Source: Candidatus Omnitrophota bacterium (GTDB taxonomy: Bacteria; Omnitrophota; Gorgyraeia; Zapsychrales; Zapsychraceae). Taken from it: 64,000 nt of DNA. A model generated the notes under the pieces. That model searched no databases. It saw only the letters and a list, made by a program, of their open reading frames with translations, and was not told where the DNA came from. Positions 49,651 through 58,871 of the stretch are shown piece by piece (the first letter of the stretch is position 1; every line of letters begins with the position of its first letter). Position numbers and translations under genes: made by a program. The DNA lies in NCBI GenBank assembly GCA_029261055.1, contig JAJDCA010000071.1:89778-153777 (forward strand), written 5' to 3'.

Positions 49651-51050
49651 TGAAATTAAATATTCTAAAATTATTGTTCATTATGTTGTTTCTGTCATTG
49701 GTGTCATTTAACAATGATGTTGTTTGGGCTGAAGATGAAGACATCAGGCAGCAGAGTATGGACGGCCTGGTAGAAAAATTGGTCATTGACGATGAGTACC
49801 TTAAGGTAAAGATGCTTGAACGGGTAGAGCTTCCGGCACCTTTACCGTCGCAACCGGAGGGGCCTTCAACCGTTTTAACAGATAAAGCTATTATCCATAG
49901 TGCTCTTGGTGCGGATAATTTGGAGAAACGGATCAATCTTGACTTTGATGAAGTCACTTTAAAGGATATTTTTATGACGCTTGGAAAAGCGGCGGATATC
50001 AATGTCTTGATCGCTCCGGATTTGAGAGGGCAAATATTGGATTTGCATTTAAAGCAAGTTACGTTGATTGAAGCGTTTTTGTTGGTTTCCAATGCCTATG
50101 ATTTAGGGTTCAAACAGGTTGAAAATTCTCTATATATCGACAGCAGAGAAAAACTGCGGGATGAAAACCTGGTGTCAAAAGTAATCAAACTGCGAAATAT
50201 TAATGTCGTCGAAGCGCAATCTATGGTTGACGAAATTGTAGATAAGCTTACTATAAGTGAAGACATCAATACTATGACGGTTGTTGGTACGCCTCAGGAA
50301 ATCGTTAAGGTGGAAGATATTATTAAAAGAATTGACAAGCCTCAGCCTCAAGTAATTATTGAAGCCAAGGTGATTGAAGTCAACCGGGATGCTTTAAAAG
50401 ATCTTGGTGTTGATTGGCAAGACCAAATATCCATTGATACACAAGAAAATGGACGGAACAGTACTTTGAGCACCGATGGTTCAGGACTGGATTCGATTTT
50501 TAAATTCAACAATTTTCAGCGTCAGCCGTTTCTTTTTAACACAACGTTAAAGATGCTGGAGAACCAAAATAAGGCGAAAATTTTATCTTCTCCTAGGGTT
50601 TCGACACTCAATGACCGTGAGGCCGTTATTTTTATCGGTGACCGTATTCCTTATACGATTACATCCGTAACCGGGGGTGTTGCCACGACCGAAGTTGAGT
50701 GGGCCGAGCCCGGCATCCGATTGACGATAACGCCTTCTATTATTGAGGATGACTTTGTAGTTATGAAGGTGGAACCGGAAGTTAGTTTTATCTTTGCTTT
50801 TCGCGGGCCTAATGACGAGTTTCCTCATATTAAAACAAGAGAGGCCACCGCTTTTGTGCGGGTGAAAAATAATCAACCTTTTATCATCGGTGGATTATTG
50901 AGTCAGGAAGATAAAAATAATTTATTTAAGGTTCCGTTCCTGGGTGACGTGCCTCTTTTAGGTAACCTTTTTTCATATGAGAAGCATACGATTGTCGATA
51001 CGGAACTTATTATTACCGTTATTCCAAAAATTATCAGTAGCGATAATTAA
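49650..51050 (+). CDS. Secretin (PilQ/GspD family)
   Basis: Signal peptide, N0/N1-like domains, and the secretin C-domain with VPFLGDVPLLGNLF and VIPKII motifs. Confidence 0.85.
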   Translation: MKLNILKLLFIMLFLSLVSFNNDVVWAEDEDIRQQSMDGLVEKLVIDDEYLKVKMLERVELPAPLPSQPEGPSTVLTDKAIIHSALGADNLEKRINLDFDEVTLKDIFMTLGKAADINVLIAPDLRGQILDLHLKQVTLIEAFLLVSNAYDLGFKQVENSLYIDSREKLRDENLVSKVIKLRNINVVEAQSMVDEIVDKLTISEDINTMTVVGTPQEIVKVEDIIKRIDKPQPQVIIEAKVIEVNRDALKDLGVDWQDQISIDTQENGRNSTLSTDGSGLDSIFKFNNFQRQPFLFNTTLKMLENQNKAKILSSPRVSTLNDREAVIFIGDRIPYTITSVTGGVATTEVEWAEPGIRLTITPSIIEDDFVVMKVEPEVSFIFAFRGPNDEFPHIKTREATAFVRVKNNQPFIIGGLLSQEDKNNLFKVPFLGDVPLLGNLFSYEKHTIVDTELIITVIPKIISSDN

Positions 51051-51060
51051 GGCGGGACAG

Positions 51061-53319
51061 ATGAGACGATTAAATACACAAAAAGGTTTTTCTCTGACGG
51101 AAATGATTGTGGGGAGCATTATAGTCGCGATTGTAAGTGCGATAGGTTATTCTGCCGTCAGGGGGTTGTCACGTGCCGATGAAATCACAGAAAACAGAAT
51201 CGCGGCGGTGAATCTTCTTCAAAAAAGTCAGGAAGCAATTCGGGCCGTAGCGCAGACAAATTACGATAATTTGGGCCCCAATGGCGCTGTGTGTGACTTT
51301 ACTCCCAATGATACATGTGGTTTTGATAATGATCTTACAGCAGACTATCCGATTTTTACAAGGACATTAACCGTTCAAGATGCCACCGGAACCACAGAGC
51401 TAAAAAATGTTTTTGTGAGTGTGTCCTGGACAGAATTTAATCCCCAAACAGGAGCTGCGGTTAATAAAAGTTTGGATTCCGTAACTTACATATCCCGCCC
51501 TCCTGATCCGCTGCCCGGGAACATTGCGGGAAGGGTGCTTGGTCCCGATGGTCCTATCAGCGGTGTTACGATTACAGCCACAAGGATCAACCCTAGTACA
51601 GGTGAAAAGCTCGAAAGTGAATTGAGAACATCCGAAACCCCCGGCGTTACTTCAGGCGGGGGTAATAATAATGTCAATTATGATTTTTCTTCCCCGGAGC
51701 GTAACAGAGCAGGGTTTCGTCTTCAACCGGCCGTAAATTGGCTTGTCCAAGCTACAGATGAAAATTTTACACAAAATCCTTCTGAAGGAATAACAGCACA
51801 AGTTTCTTCAGGTGAGGAAAGACTTGTCCCCATTAATATGATTCCCAATCCGGAAAATGGCACCATCACGGTTAATATCGATAATATTGGTGTGCCAGCA
51901 ACATTTAAGGATTTTTTAAGCTCGAGTTCTGTTGCTCTGTATCAGAATGGTACTCAAATCGAGCGGCAGGGTTCAGGAGGATCTTCCTTTACATTTGAAG
52001 TTGAATTTGAGGATGAGAAAAAACGATGTTTTACGGTGGCGACTCATGATGCCTATAAATCGGGGTTGGCCGGAAGTTTTCCTAATTGTGCAGCTCAAAG
52101 TCAGACAACGAATAATCCTGACGGTTGGTCGTCCGCCGTATTCGTCAATGGTTCTGCTAATTGTGCTAATACCTGGGAGGGAAACAGTGATATTGACACT
52201 GTGTGTGTCAACCCGGGAAAAAATGAGATCGTAGGGGTTCGTCTCGTTGATGTTCCTACAGCTAAACTGGAAGGGGACTTTAAAGACAGCAAGGGGAGAG
52301 TTTTGGATTCTTCTGATTATAATTTTGCACGGGTATACATTCGGCCCTACGCATCTAAAGAGAAACTTAGATGGACAGGTTCTTCGGCATTTACTTATAA
52401 AAAAAGTGGCTATTACTACTCAAAAAAAATAAAAGGTAAAGGTGTTTATTCGATAGATATCCCGGCCAAACACAGCCTTTTCCCCCCTGACTCCAAAGAT
52501 AAGTTTTCAGCAGAGGGAATGATAAATGTGCCTCAAACAGAATGTTGTAATAAGGATGGAAGTCAACCTATTTGGACAGGGTGGAAGACTATTACGACCA
52601 GTATAAAATCGGAAGGAAAATACCAAAAAGATTTTATATTTAAAAATCTTACTGCAAAAAATATTGAGTGCGGAAACATCAAGGGGAAGGTGTACGATGG
52701 AAAGAATAAAACGCCATTGTCAAATGCTACGGTAGTGTTTCAAAAAGGCATAACATCAAAAGGAGATGGAGGGTATAAGTATCTATGCAAAGATCCAAAG
52801 CTTCTTCCGATTGAATTTAAAAAATATTCTTACACAGCGTCTAAAAAAGATAATAAGAAAAAAGATAATAAGAAAAAGGATATTTATTATCCTTTTAAAA
52901 GCGGAGGAAATAACATTTATACCGCACATAAACCAGTAAAGTTAAAAGTTGATTCAATCACAATTAAAACAGCGCCAGACATTTATCTTTGGCCGATAAA
53001 GACAGGTGAGGTAAAGGTGACGGTGAAGGATACAAATGGTAATGATTTAAGTGGAGCTAGTGTAAAGCTTACCGGACCAAAGAATACTTCCGGTTCTACA
53101 GGGAGCAATGGCATTAAAACTTTAAAAAATGTGCAAGAGTCATGGCCGGCACCGGGAGCCGTAGGTAAAAGTCAATATAACCAGAAAAAATCGAATTATA
53201 CGGTGAACGTTAGTTTAGATAATTATAAAAGTTATAAAAAGACAGGTATTGTTGTTAAGGCAGGGAATAGAACAGAGGTGGAGGCAACTTTAATATATAA
53301 TGGCAGCGGCGGTATGTAG
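51061..53319 (+). CDS. Large (~750 aa) prepilin-leader protein, putative minor pilin/tip adhesin with CarboxypepD_reg-like domains
   Basis: MRRLNTQKG|FSLTEMIVGSIIVAIV prepilin signal. Repeated GxxxGxVxxxxGxPxxGVTIT-type beta-sandwich segments. A short KKDNKKKDNKKKD repeat. Confidence 0.6.
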   Translation: MRRLNTQKGFSLTEMIVGSIIVAIVSAIGYSAVRGLSRADEITENRIAAVNLLQKSQEAIRAVAQTNYDNLGPNGAVCDFTPNDTCGFDNDLTADYPIFTRTLTVQDATGTTELKNVFVSVSWTEFNPQTGAAVNKSLDSVTYISRPPDPLPGNIAGRVLGPDGPISGVTITATRINPSTGEKLESELRTSETPGVTSGGGNNNVNYDFSSPERNRAGFRLQPAVNWLVQATDENFTQNPSEGITAQVSSGEERLVPINMIPNPENGTITVNIDNIGVPATFKDFLSSSSVALYQNGTQIERQGSGGSSFTFEVEFEDEKKRCFTVATHDAYKSGLAGSFPNCAAQSQTTNNPDGWSSAVFVNGSANCANTWEGNSDIDTVCVNPGKNEIVGVRLVDVPTAKLEGDFKDSKGRVLDSSDYNFARVYIRPYASKEKLRWTGSSAFTYKKSGYYYSKKIKGKGVYSIDIPAKHSLFPPDSKDKFSAEGMINVPQTECCNKDGSQPIWTGWKTITTSIKSEGKYQKDFIFKNLTAKNIECGNIKGKVYDGKNKTPLSNATVVFQKGITSKGDGGYKYLCKDPKLLPIEFKKYSYTASKKDNKKKDNKKKDIYYPFKSGGNNIYTAHKPVKLKVDSITIKTAPDIYLWPIKTGEVKVTVKDTNGNDLSGASVKLTGPKNTSGSTGSNGIKTLKNVQESWPAPGAVGKSQYNQKKSNYTVNVSLDNYKSYKKTGIVVKAGNRTEVEATLIYNGSGGM

Positions 53320-53329
53320 GGGGCGTAAG

Positions 53330-53824
53330 ATGGCTATACGAAAAAATAACGCTGGGTTTACTCTTATGGAAATGGTGGTGGTGTTGGCTATACTGGGGAC
53401 AGCGATAGCCTCCTTTCACGGTATTTTTATCAACAACTGGACAGCGTTGGACACTTTTTCTGTCAGGGCTAACCTCAGTCAGGAAATGGATGATATTGTG
53501 GATACCATATCCTATGATGCCCGGAATGCTCAGAGGGGCTTGATGGATATTGCCACCGATCAAAAATCCGTCGTTTTTTCAACGCCTAATCTTTCGTTAT
53601 GGACAACGGCCAGTTATACTATGGCACAGGATGGAACATTAACTATGGTGCGCAGTACGGCAGACGGTGATGTGCAAACAAGAATACTATCAAGAAATGT
53701 GGATTATGCTAATTCTACTTTTAATAATAACAGTAATTTTACCATTAACCTGGAGTTAACAAACGATGTTTTCGGTCGACCCATTACAATCGATACGTCC
53801 ACAGAAATCTTTGCGCGTAATTAA
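53330..53824 (+). CDS. Pseudopilin (GspH/PilV-like) with prepilin N-terminal domain
   Basis: MAIRKNNAG|FTLMEMVVVLAILG class III signal. Confidence 0.7.
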   Translation: MAIRKNNAGFTLMEMVVVLAILGTAIASFHGIFINNWTALDTFSVRANLSQEMDDIVDTISYDARNAQRGLMDIATDQKSVVFSTPNLSLWTTASYTMAQDGTLTMVRSTADGDVQTRILSRNVDYANSTFNNNSNFTINLELTNDVFGRPITIDTSTEIFARN

Positions 53825-55109
53825 AGATATTTTTTGTGGGCATAAAGGAAAGAAAAATAATCAAGGCGGGTTCCTTTTAGTAGGTGCTATTTTTCTTATG
53901 TTGTTTTTGGGGTTGATCATCATGTCAACCTTTATCAATTCCGATATGCAATTTGAATCGGCAAGGATGCGCATACCGGCGCAACAGGCGTTCTACATTG
54001 CTGAGGCCGGTATTGAATATTCGATCAATCAACTCCGTCAGGATATTCTTTTTAATCCAGAGGATGCTGATCGTCAACAAACTGTATTGGGTATGCAAAA
54101 TGAGGAAGATGAGGAGGAAGATCGGGAAGTAAAGGGAACGTTCACACTTACATTAACCCCGACATTGGATGATGAAGCTGAAGAGGTCATAAATGATACG
54201 GGCCTTAGAACGGTAAAGATTAGCTCTCTAGGTACAGAGGTTGAAAATAATATTCCGCGTACCGTAACCGTTATTGTTAATGTCATCGATCCAGCCCGAT
54301 TTTTTGTATCAACCCCCGGTGAATTAGGAGTTGCGAGTGGTGCCACTATCGGCAGCAGTATTTTTGGAGGAGATGTTGTATTTAATATTGACGACCCCAG
54401 CCAGAATATTATTATTGGTGGCAAAGTTCAATTTATGAACAATATTACGGCAACCTCTACAGATATTTCTACCATATCCGTCGATGATCAGGATTTTAGG
54501 CAAGATGAATGTGAAAAACCATTTGATTTAAATCAATGTATTGAAAGCCAGCATGGCGTTGAGCGACAACAAAATGTTTCTTATCCTGGACTTGACTTAC
54601 CAAGATATGAAGCCTTAGCAGCGATAGTAGGTGAATCACATAAAGGTGATCTCACAATTACTAGTTTTGATGATGACTTGGGAGGAGAGGAGGGTCTTCT
54701 TTACGTAGATGGCAATGTGACGATTAGCGGTGAGTTTGAAAACACGCTGACGATTGTGGCGACAAAGGACATTATTATTGAGGGCAATATAGGGCCTTCA
54801 GAAGATTCTTTAAAAATTGGTCTGTTTGCTTCGGGGGACGTCCGTATCCCGGCGTCTGTTTCTGATCTCAATATTAAATCCACTTTTATCTGGGCGGATG
54901 GCGGTGTTTTTAAGGCTGAGGGAGGCCAGCGTCCGGCAGATAGTAGTTTGATATTTGATGGCGTTATTGCGGTCCGGGGCCAGGAGGGGCAATCGGGCGT
55001 AGATCTCAATGTTTTTCAAAATAGAACTTATACGTATGATACAGAAATCCGCAACTCCGGTATTTTCTATAGCAATATTGTCAGTCTCTCTTCCTGGATG
55101 GAACAATAA
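53766..55109 (+). CDS. PilX-like minor pilus component (start uncertain)
   Basis: GGFLLVGAIFLMLFLGLIIM hydrophobic N-terminal segment as in PilX N-domains. The listed ATG overlaps the upstream gene by 59 nt. Confidence 0.4.
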   Translation: MFSVDPLQSIRPQKSLRVIKDIFCGHKGKKNNQGGFLLVGAIFLMLFLGLIIMSTFINSDMQFESARMRIPAQQAFYIAEAGIEYSINQLRQDILFNPEDADRQQTVLGMQNEEDEEEDREVKGTFTLTLTPTLDDEAEEVINDTGLRTVKISSLGTEVENNIPRTVTVIVNVIDPARFFVSTPGELGVASGATIGSSIFGGDVVFNIDDPSQNIIIGGKVQFMNNITATSTDISTISVDDQDFRQDECEKPFDLNQCIESQHGVERQQNVSYPGLDLPRYEALAAIVGESHKGDLTITSFDDDLGGEEGLLYVDGNVTISGEFENTLTIVATKDIIIEGNIGPSEDSLKIGLFASGDVRIPASVSDLNIKSTFIWADGGVFKAEGGQRPADSSLIFDGVIAVRGQEGQSGVDLNVFQNRTYTYDTEIRNSGIFYSNIVSLSSWMEQ

Positions 55110-55124
55110 TAGCCTAATTTTAAA

Positions 55125-55153
55125 TTGACAAGCCAGATGTTATCGGGTAGACT
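55125..55153 (+). promoter_or_regulatory. Sigma70-like promoter
   Basis: TTGACA, 17-nt spacer, TAGACT. Followed by a perfect 7-bp hairpin GGCTAAG/CTTAGCC (55171-55190) in the 5' UTR. Confidence 0.5.
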
Positions 55154-55224
55154 CTAGACAAATATTTCGGGGCTAAGGAAAATCTTAGCCATCCTATGAT
55201 CCTTTAAAAGAAAGAGGAGGCACA

Positions 55225-55398
55225 ATGGAAGAATTATCATTTTATGATGTGAAAACAAAAAAGAAATTTACCGCGACCGAATATGAAGTAAGAGAAAAAA
55301 GCGGTCGTTTTTTTGCTGTTACAAAATCTCTCGCCGGAACTCATGAGTGTTGGAGAGTTCTTGGTAAAGATCAAGCCGCAAAGCTGAAGAAATAGGAG
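55225..55398 (+). CDS. Small (57 aa) hypothetical protein
   Basis: Strong RBS AAAGAGGAGG 6 nt upstream of ATG. Sequence MEELSFYDVKTKKKFTATEYEVREKSGRFFAVTKSLAGTHECWRVLGKDQAAKLKK. Below the ORF-track length cutoff. Confidence 0.4.
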
Positions 55399-55501
55399 AG
55401 ATGTTAGCATTAGAAAAGCTTCTTTAACTTCCAAAAAACTCGCCAAAATAATTGCAGAATTCGCAGCTGATAAAAAATCAGAAGAAATTTTAGTTCTAGA
55501 T

Positions 55502-55774
55502 ATGCGCAAAGTTGCCAATTTCTGCGATTATTTTGTCGTTTGCTCTGGAAATACCGACCGGCAAGTCCGCGCAATTAGTGATCACATCGATGAAAGTCTT
55601 AAAGATCTTGGTATAAAGTTAAGCTTTAAAGAAGGTCGCCGAAAGGCTGACTGGATTGTTATGGATTGTGGGGATGTGATTACCCATATTTTTCAAAAAG
55701 ATCTTCGCAAATTTTATAACTTAGAATATCTTTGGCAAGAAGCAAAGGTTATTGATTGGGAAAATGTTAAATGA
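55502..55774 (+). CDS. rsfS: Ribosome silencing factor RsfS (Iojap family)
   Basis: DYFVVCSGNTDRQVRAI...ADWIVMDCGDVITHIF. The in-frame upstream extension (VSIRKASLTSKKLAKIIAEFAADKKSEEILVLD) also looks RsfS-like but has no ATG/GTG/TTG start. Confidence 0.85.
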   Translation: MRKVANFCDYFVVCSGNTDRQVRAISDHIDESLKDLGIKLSFKEGRRKADWIVMDCGDVITHIFQKDLRKFYNLEYLWQEAKVIDWENVK

Positions 55775-57428
55775 ACTTAGAATTCAACTGCAACATCAAC
55801 TAGCCCAGTCTCTTAAGCAGGCCTTCCCTGAGCAGTCTTTACCCTCCGTTGAAATTGAAACTCCTGCTGATAAAAAACATGGTGAATTCTCGTCGAATAT
55901 CGCTTTAAAATCCGCAAAATTATTTAAAAAGTCTCCTCTCGACATCGCCGCAGAGTTTCAAATTATATTTCAGAATGTTATTGGGCAAGCAGATCTAAAA
56001 GAAAAAATTTCTAAAATTGAGATTAAAAAACCGGGATTTATCAATTTTTACCTCACGCATCAGGCATTTTATGGTGTTTTAGAGCAGGTATTTGAGAAAA
56101 GAGATGATTATGGCCGGATTGAACTCAAGGAAAAGAAAAAGTGGCAGATTGAGTTTGTTAGCGCGAATCCTACGGGGCCTCTAAGTGTAGCCCATGCCCG
56201 CCAGGCGGCTGTAGGGGATGCTTTGGCCAATATTTTGAATTTTATCGGGTATGAGGTGCACAAAGAATATTATATTAATGACGGGGGTAATCAGATTCGG
56301 ATTTTAGGGGAGTCAATTCGATGCCGTTCTCGGCAGATTTTAGGAGAAAATGTGCCTTTCCTGGAAGATGGTTATCAAGGAGAATACATTAAAGAGATGG
56401 CTCAGGAATTTTTGAATAAAGAAAATATTCAAGAAGTCGCGCAGCTTCCTGTTGTTGAGGATTTTATGGCTTATGGACGAGATACGCTTTTAGACGTTAT
56501 TAAAAAAGAATTAGATGATTTTGGCGTGCATTTTGATTTTTGGGCGCGTGAATCACAAATCGCTACACCGGAAAAAATCGAAGAAGCCTTAAATTTTTTA
56601 AAAGATAAGGGATACATTGAGGCCAGAGATGGCGCGGTGTGGTTTTTATCAACGAAATTTGGTGACGATAAGGATCGGGTGGTTAAAAAGAGTGATGGGG
56701 CGTATACCTATTTGATGCCGGATATTGTGTATCACAAACATAAGTTGGACCGCGGTTTTGACAAGCTGATTGATATTTTAGGGCCGGATCATCATGGCTA
56801 CATTAATCGAATTACGGCGGCTGTGCAGGCTTTGGGGTGGGAGAAAGATGCCCTGGAAGTCGCTATTGTTCAGTTAGCGACGATTTATCGTAATGGGACT
56901 AAGGTATCCATGTCGACACGCGGTGGACAATACGTGACCTTGCGAGAGGTTATGGATGAGGTTGGTGTAGATGTATCACGGTTTTTCTTTTTGATGCGTC
57001 ACATGGCGGCTCATTTGGATTTTGATTTGGATTTGGCGAAAAAAGAGAGTTCAGAGAATCCTGTATATTACATTCAATATGCTCACGCGCGTGTGCACAG
57101 TATGAATACCAAAGCTCAGGAGGCGGGAATTAAGGCTAAGGAATCTAATTTTGGTGTGTTAAAAGAATCTGAAGAAATAGCTTTAATTAACAAAATAGGG
57201 GAATTTTCCAGTAGTTTAAATAAATGTCATTATGAATTAGACCCCTATTCTTTAGTGACTTATCTTCAAGAGTTAGCCGCCTGTTTTCATAAATTTTATG
57301 ATGTCTGCCGCGTTGTTGATGCCGATAAAGACTTATCCGCCGAACGCCTCGGCCTTGTCAACGCTGCTAAGGTTGTCTTAGCCAACGGCTTACGCCTTTT
57401 AGGTGTTAGTGTTCCAGAAAAAATGTAG
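55764..57428 (+). CDS. argS: Arginine--tRNA ligase
   Basis: Class I HIGH-like SANPTGPLSVAHAR, a C-terminal DALR anticodon-binding domain, and ArgRS N-terminal domain. An alternative start lies at 55752. Confidence 0.93.
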   Translation: MLNELRIQLQHQLAQSLKQAFPEQSLPSVEIETPADKKHGEFSSNIALKSAKLFKKSPLDIAAEFQIIFQNVIGQADLKEKISKIEIKKPGFINFYLTHQAFYGVLEQVFEKRDDYGRIELKEKKKWQIEFVSANPTGPLSVAHARQAAVGDALANILNFIGYEVHKEYYINDGGNQIRILGESIRCRSRQILGENVPFLEDGYQGEYIKEMAQEFLNKENIQEVAQLPVVEDFMAYGRDTLLDVIKKELDDFGVHFDFWARESQIATPEKIEEALNFLKDKGYIEARDGAVWFLSTKFGDDKDRVVKKSDGAYTYLMPDIVYHKHKLDRGFDKLIDILGPDHHGYINRITAAVQALGWEKDALEVAIVQLATIYRNGTKVSMSTRGGQYVTLREVMDEVGVDVSRFFFLMRHMAAHLDFDLDLAKKESSENPVYYIQYAHARVHSMNTKAQEAGIKAKESNFGVLKESEEIALINKIGEFSSSLNKCHYELDPYSLVTYLQELAACFHKFYDVCRVVDADKDLSAERLGLVNAAKVVLANGLRLLGVSVPEKM

Positions 57429-57490
57429 CAGAATTCCCTTGCATATATTGTTCCAAATTATAGATTTCAAAAAATTACTATATTTTCTCT

Positions 57491-57586
57491 TGACAGATTT
57501 GTGAGGTATTGTGTAGTATATTGATTTGGTGCATTCAGCATATGTATTGCTGATTATCATGATATTCAGCAATACACACAGGAAAT
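57491..57586 (+). promoter_or_regulatory. Promoter plus 10-bp inverted repeat upstream of the AAA ATPase gene
   Basis: TTGACA, 18-nt spacer, TAGTAT. Then GTATTGCTGA (57553-57562) / TCAGCAATAC (57577-57586) inverted repeat around a palindromic ATCATGAT. ATTCAGCA is also directly repeated. Confidence 0.45.
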
Positions 57587-57590
57587 TATT

Positions 57591-58751
57591 ATGAAAAAAT
57601 CAATATTTTATATTCGATTTTTAAATTTTAAACATGAAATTCGGCAAAAAAGTCTTTTTCTTTTTGGTCCGAGACAGACAGGAAAAACGTTTTTTTTAAA
57701 GAAAGCTTTTCCAGAATCACCATTTTATAACCTTTTGCTCGCAGATGTGTTTTTACGAATGAGTCAACGTCCGCAGCTTATGCGAGAAGAGCTTTTAAGC
57801 CTAGAAAAGAATTTCCCTCAGCCTATTATTATTGATGAAATTCAAAAGCTTCCTGTTTTATTGGATGAGGTTCATTATTTAATAGAAGAATATGGTTTTC
57901 ATTTTATTTTGACCGGAAGCAGTCCTCGCAAGCTAAAGCGCGGAGGTGGAAATCTGCTTGGAGGGCGGGCAAGAACTAAACAAATGTTTCCCTTAGTGAC
58001 AAAAGAAGTGCCTGGGTATGATTTTATTCGTATTTTAAATTACGGAATGATTCCTTCGATTTATACATCAGCCTCTCCTGAAGAAGATTTGGAGGCTTAT
58101 GTTGGAAATTATTTGCAGGAAGAAATACAGGCGGAAGGTCTTGTCAGAAAGGTGGGGAATTTTTCACGGTTTTTACAGACAGCTGCTCTTTACAATGCAG
58201 AATTGGTGAATTTTGCTAATATTTCCAGCGATGCCGGCGTTCCGGCAAGAACGGTGGCCGAGTATTTTCTGATATTACAGGATACCCTTATAGGGTCTCT
58301 TTTAGAACCCTTCACTAAATCAAAAAAAAGAAAGGCGATTACCACATCTAAGTTTTATTTTTTTGATGTAGGCGTCTGCAATATATTGGCGGGAAGAAAA
58401 GAAATCAAGCCCAAAACAGAACTTTTTGGAAAAGTTTTGGAACATTTTATTTTTACAGAATTAAAAGCTTATTTGTCTTATACAAAGGATGATAGAACTC
58501 TACATTTTTGGAGGTCAAAGTCCGGATATGAAGTTGATTTTCTTGTAGGGGATGAAATTGCAATTGAAGTCAAATCTTCAGAATTAGTTATTGAAAAACA
58601 TTTAACCGGCCTACGTGCTTTGTCTGAAGAAATAAATTTAAAGAAAAAAATAGTTATTTCTATGGATAAAGCCCCTCGAAAAATACAAGATATAGAAATC
58701 CTTCCCGTAAAAATTTTTCTTGAGAAGCTATGGCGTAATGAATTAGGCTAA
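57591..58751 (+). CDS. AAA-family ATPase with DUF4143 domain
   Basis: Walker A GPRQTGKT, a Walker B-like IIIDEIQ, and a C-terminal DUF4143-like region. Confidence 0.75.
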   Translation: MKKSIFYIRFLNFKHEIRQKSLFLFGPRQTGKTFFLKKAFPESPFYNLLLADVFLRMSQRPQLMREELLSLEKNFPQPIIIDEIQKLPVLLDEVHYLIEEYGFHFILTGSSPRKLKRGGGNLLGGRARTKQMFPLVTKEVPGYDFIRILNYGMIPSIYTSASPEEDLEAYVGNYLQEEIQAEGLVRKVGNFSRFLQTAALYNAELVNFANISSDAGVPARTVAEYFLILQDTLIGSLLEPFTKSKKRKAITTSKFYFFDVGVCNILAGRKEIKPKTELFGKVLEHFIFTELKAYLSYTKDDRTLHFWRSKSGYEVDFLVGDEIAIEVKSSELVIEKHLTGLRALSEEINLKKKIVISMDKAPRKIQDIEILPVKIFLEKLWRNELG

Positions 58752-58871
58752 TACGCATTTGGTTACAAATTTTTCATTGAAGGGAAAGTTTCAAGGGGAT
58801 AGCAGGGGACAGAAAAATTCATTAAAAGTGAAGTACTAATAGTCTTAAGAGATGTTATAGAGGAGATCATA

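Noticed and set aside
52846-52878. KKDNKKKDNKKKD coding micro-repeat as a CRISPR or phase-variation element
   Set aside because: It is only a 15-bp x2 in-frame lysine-rich duplication inside a CDS. No spacer/repeat architecture exists anywhere in the window, so no CRISPR array is present.
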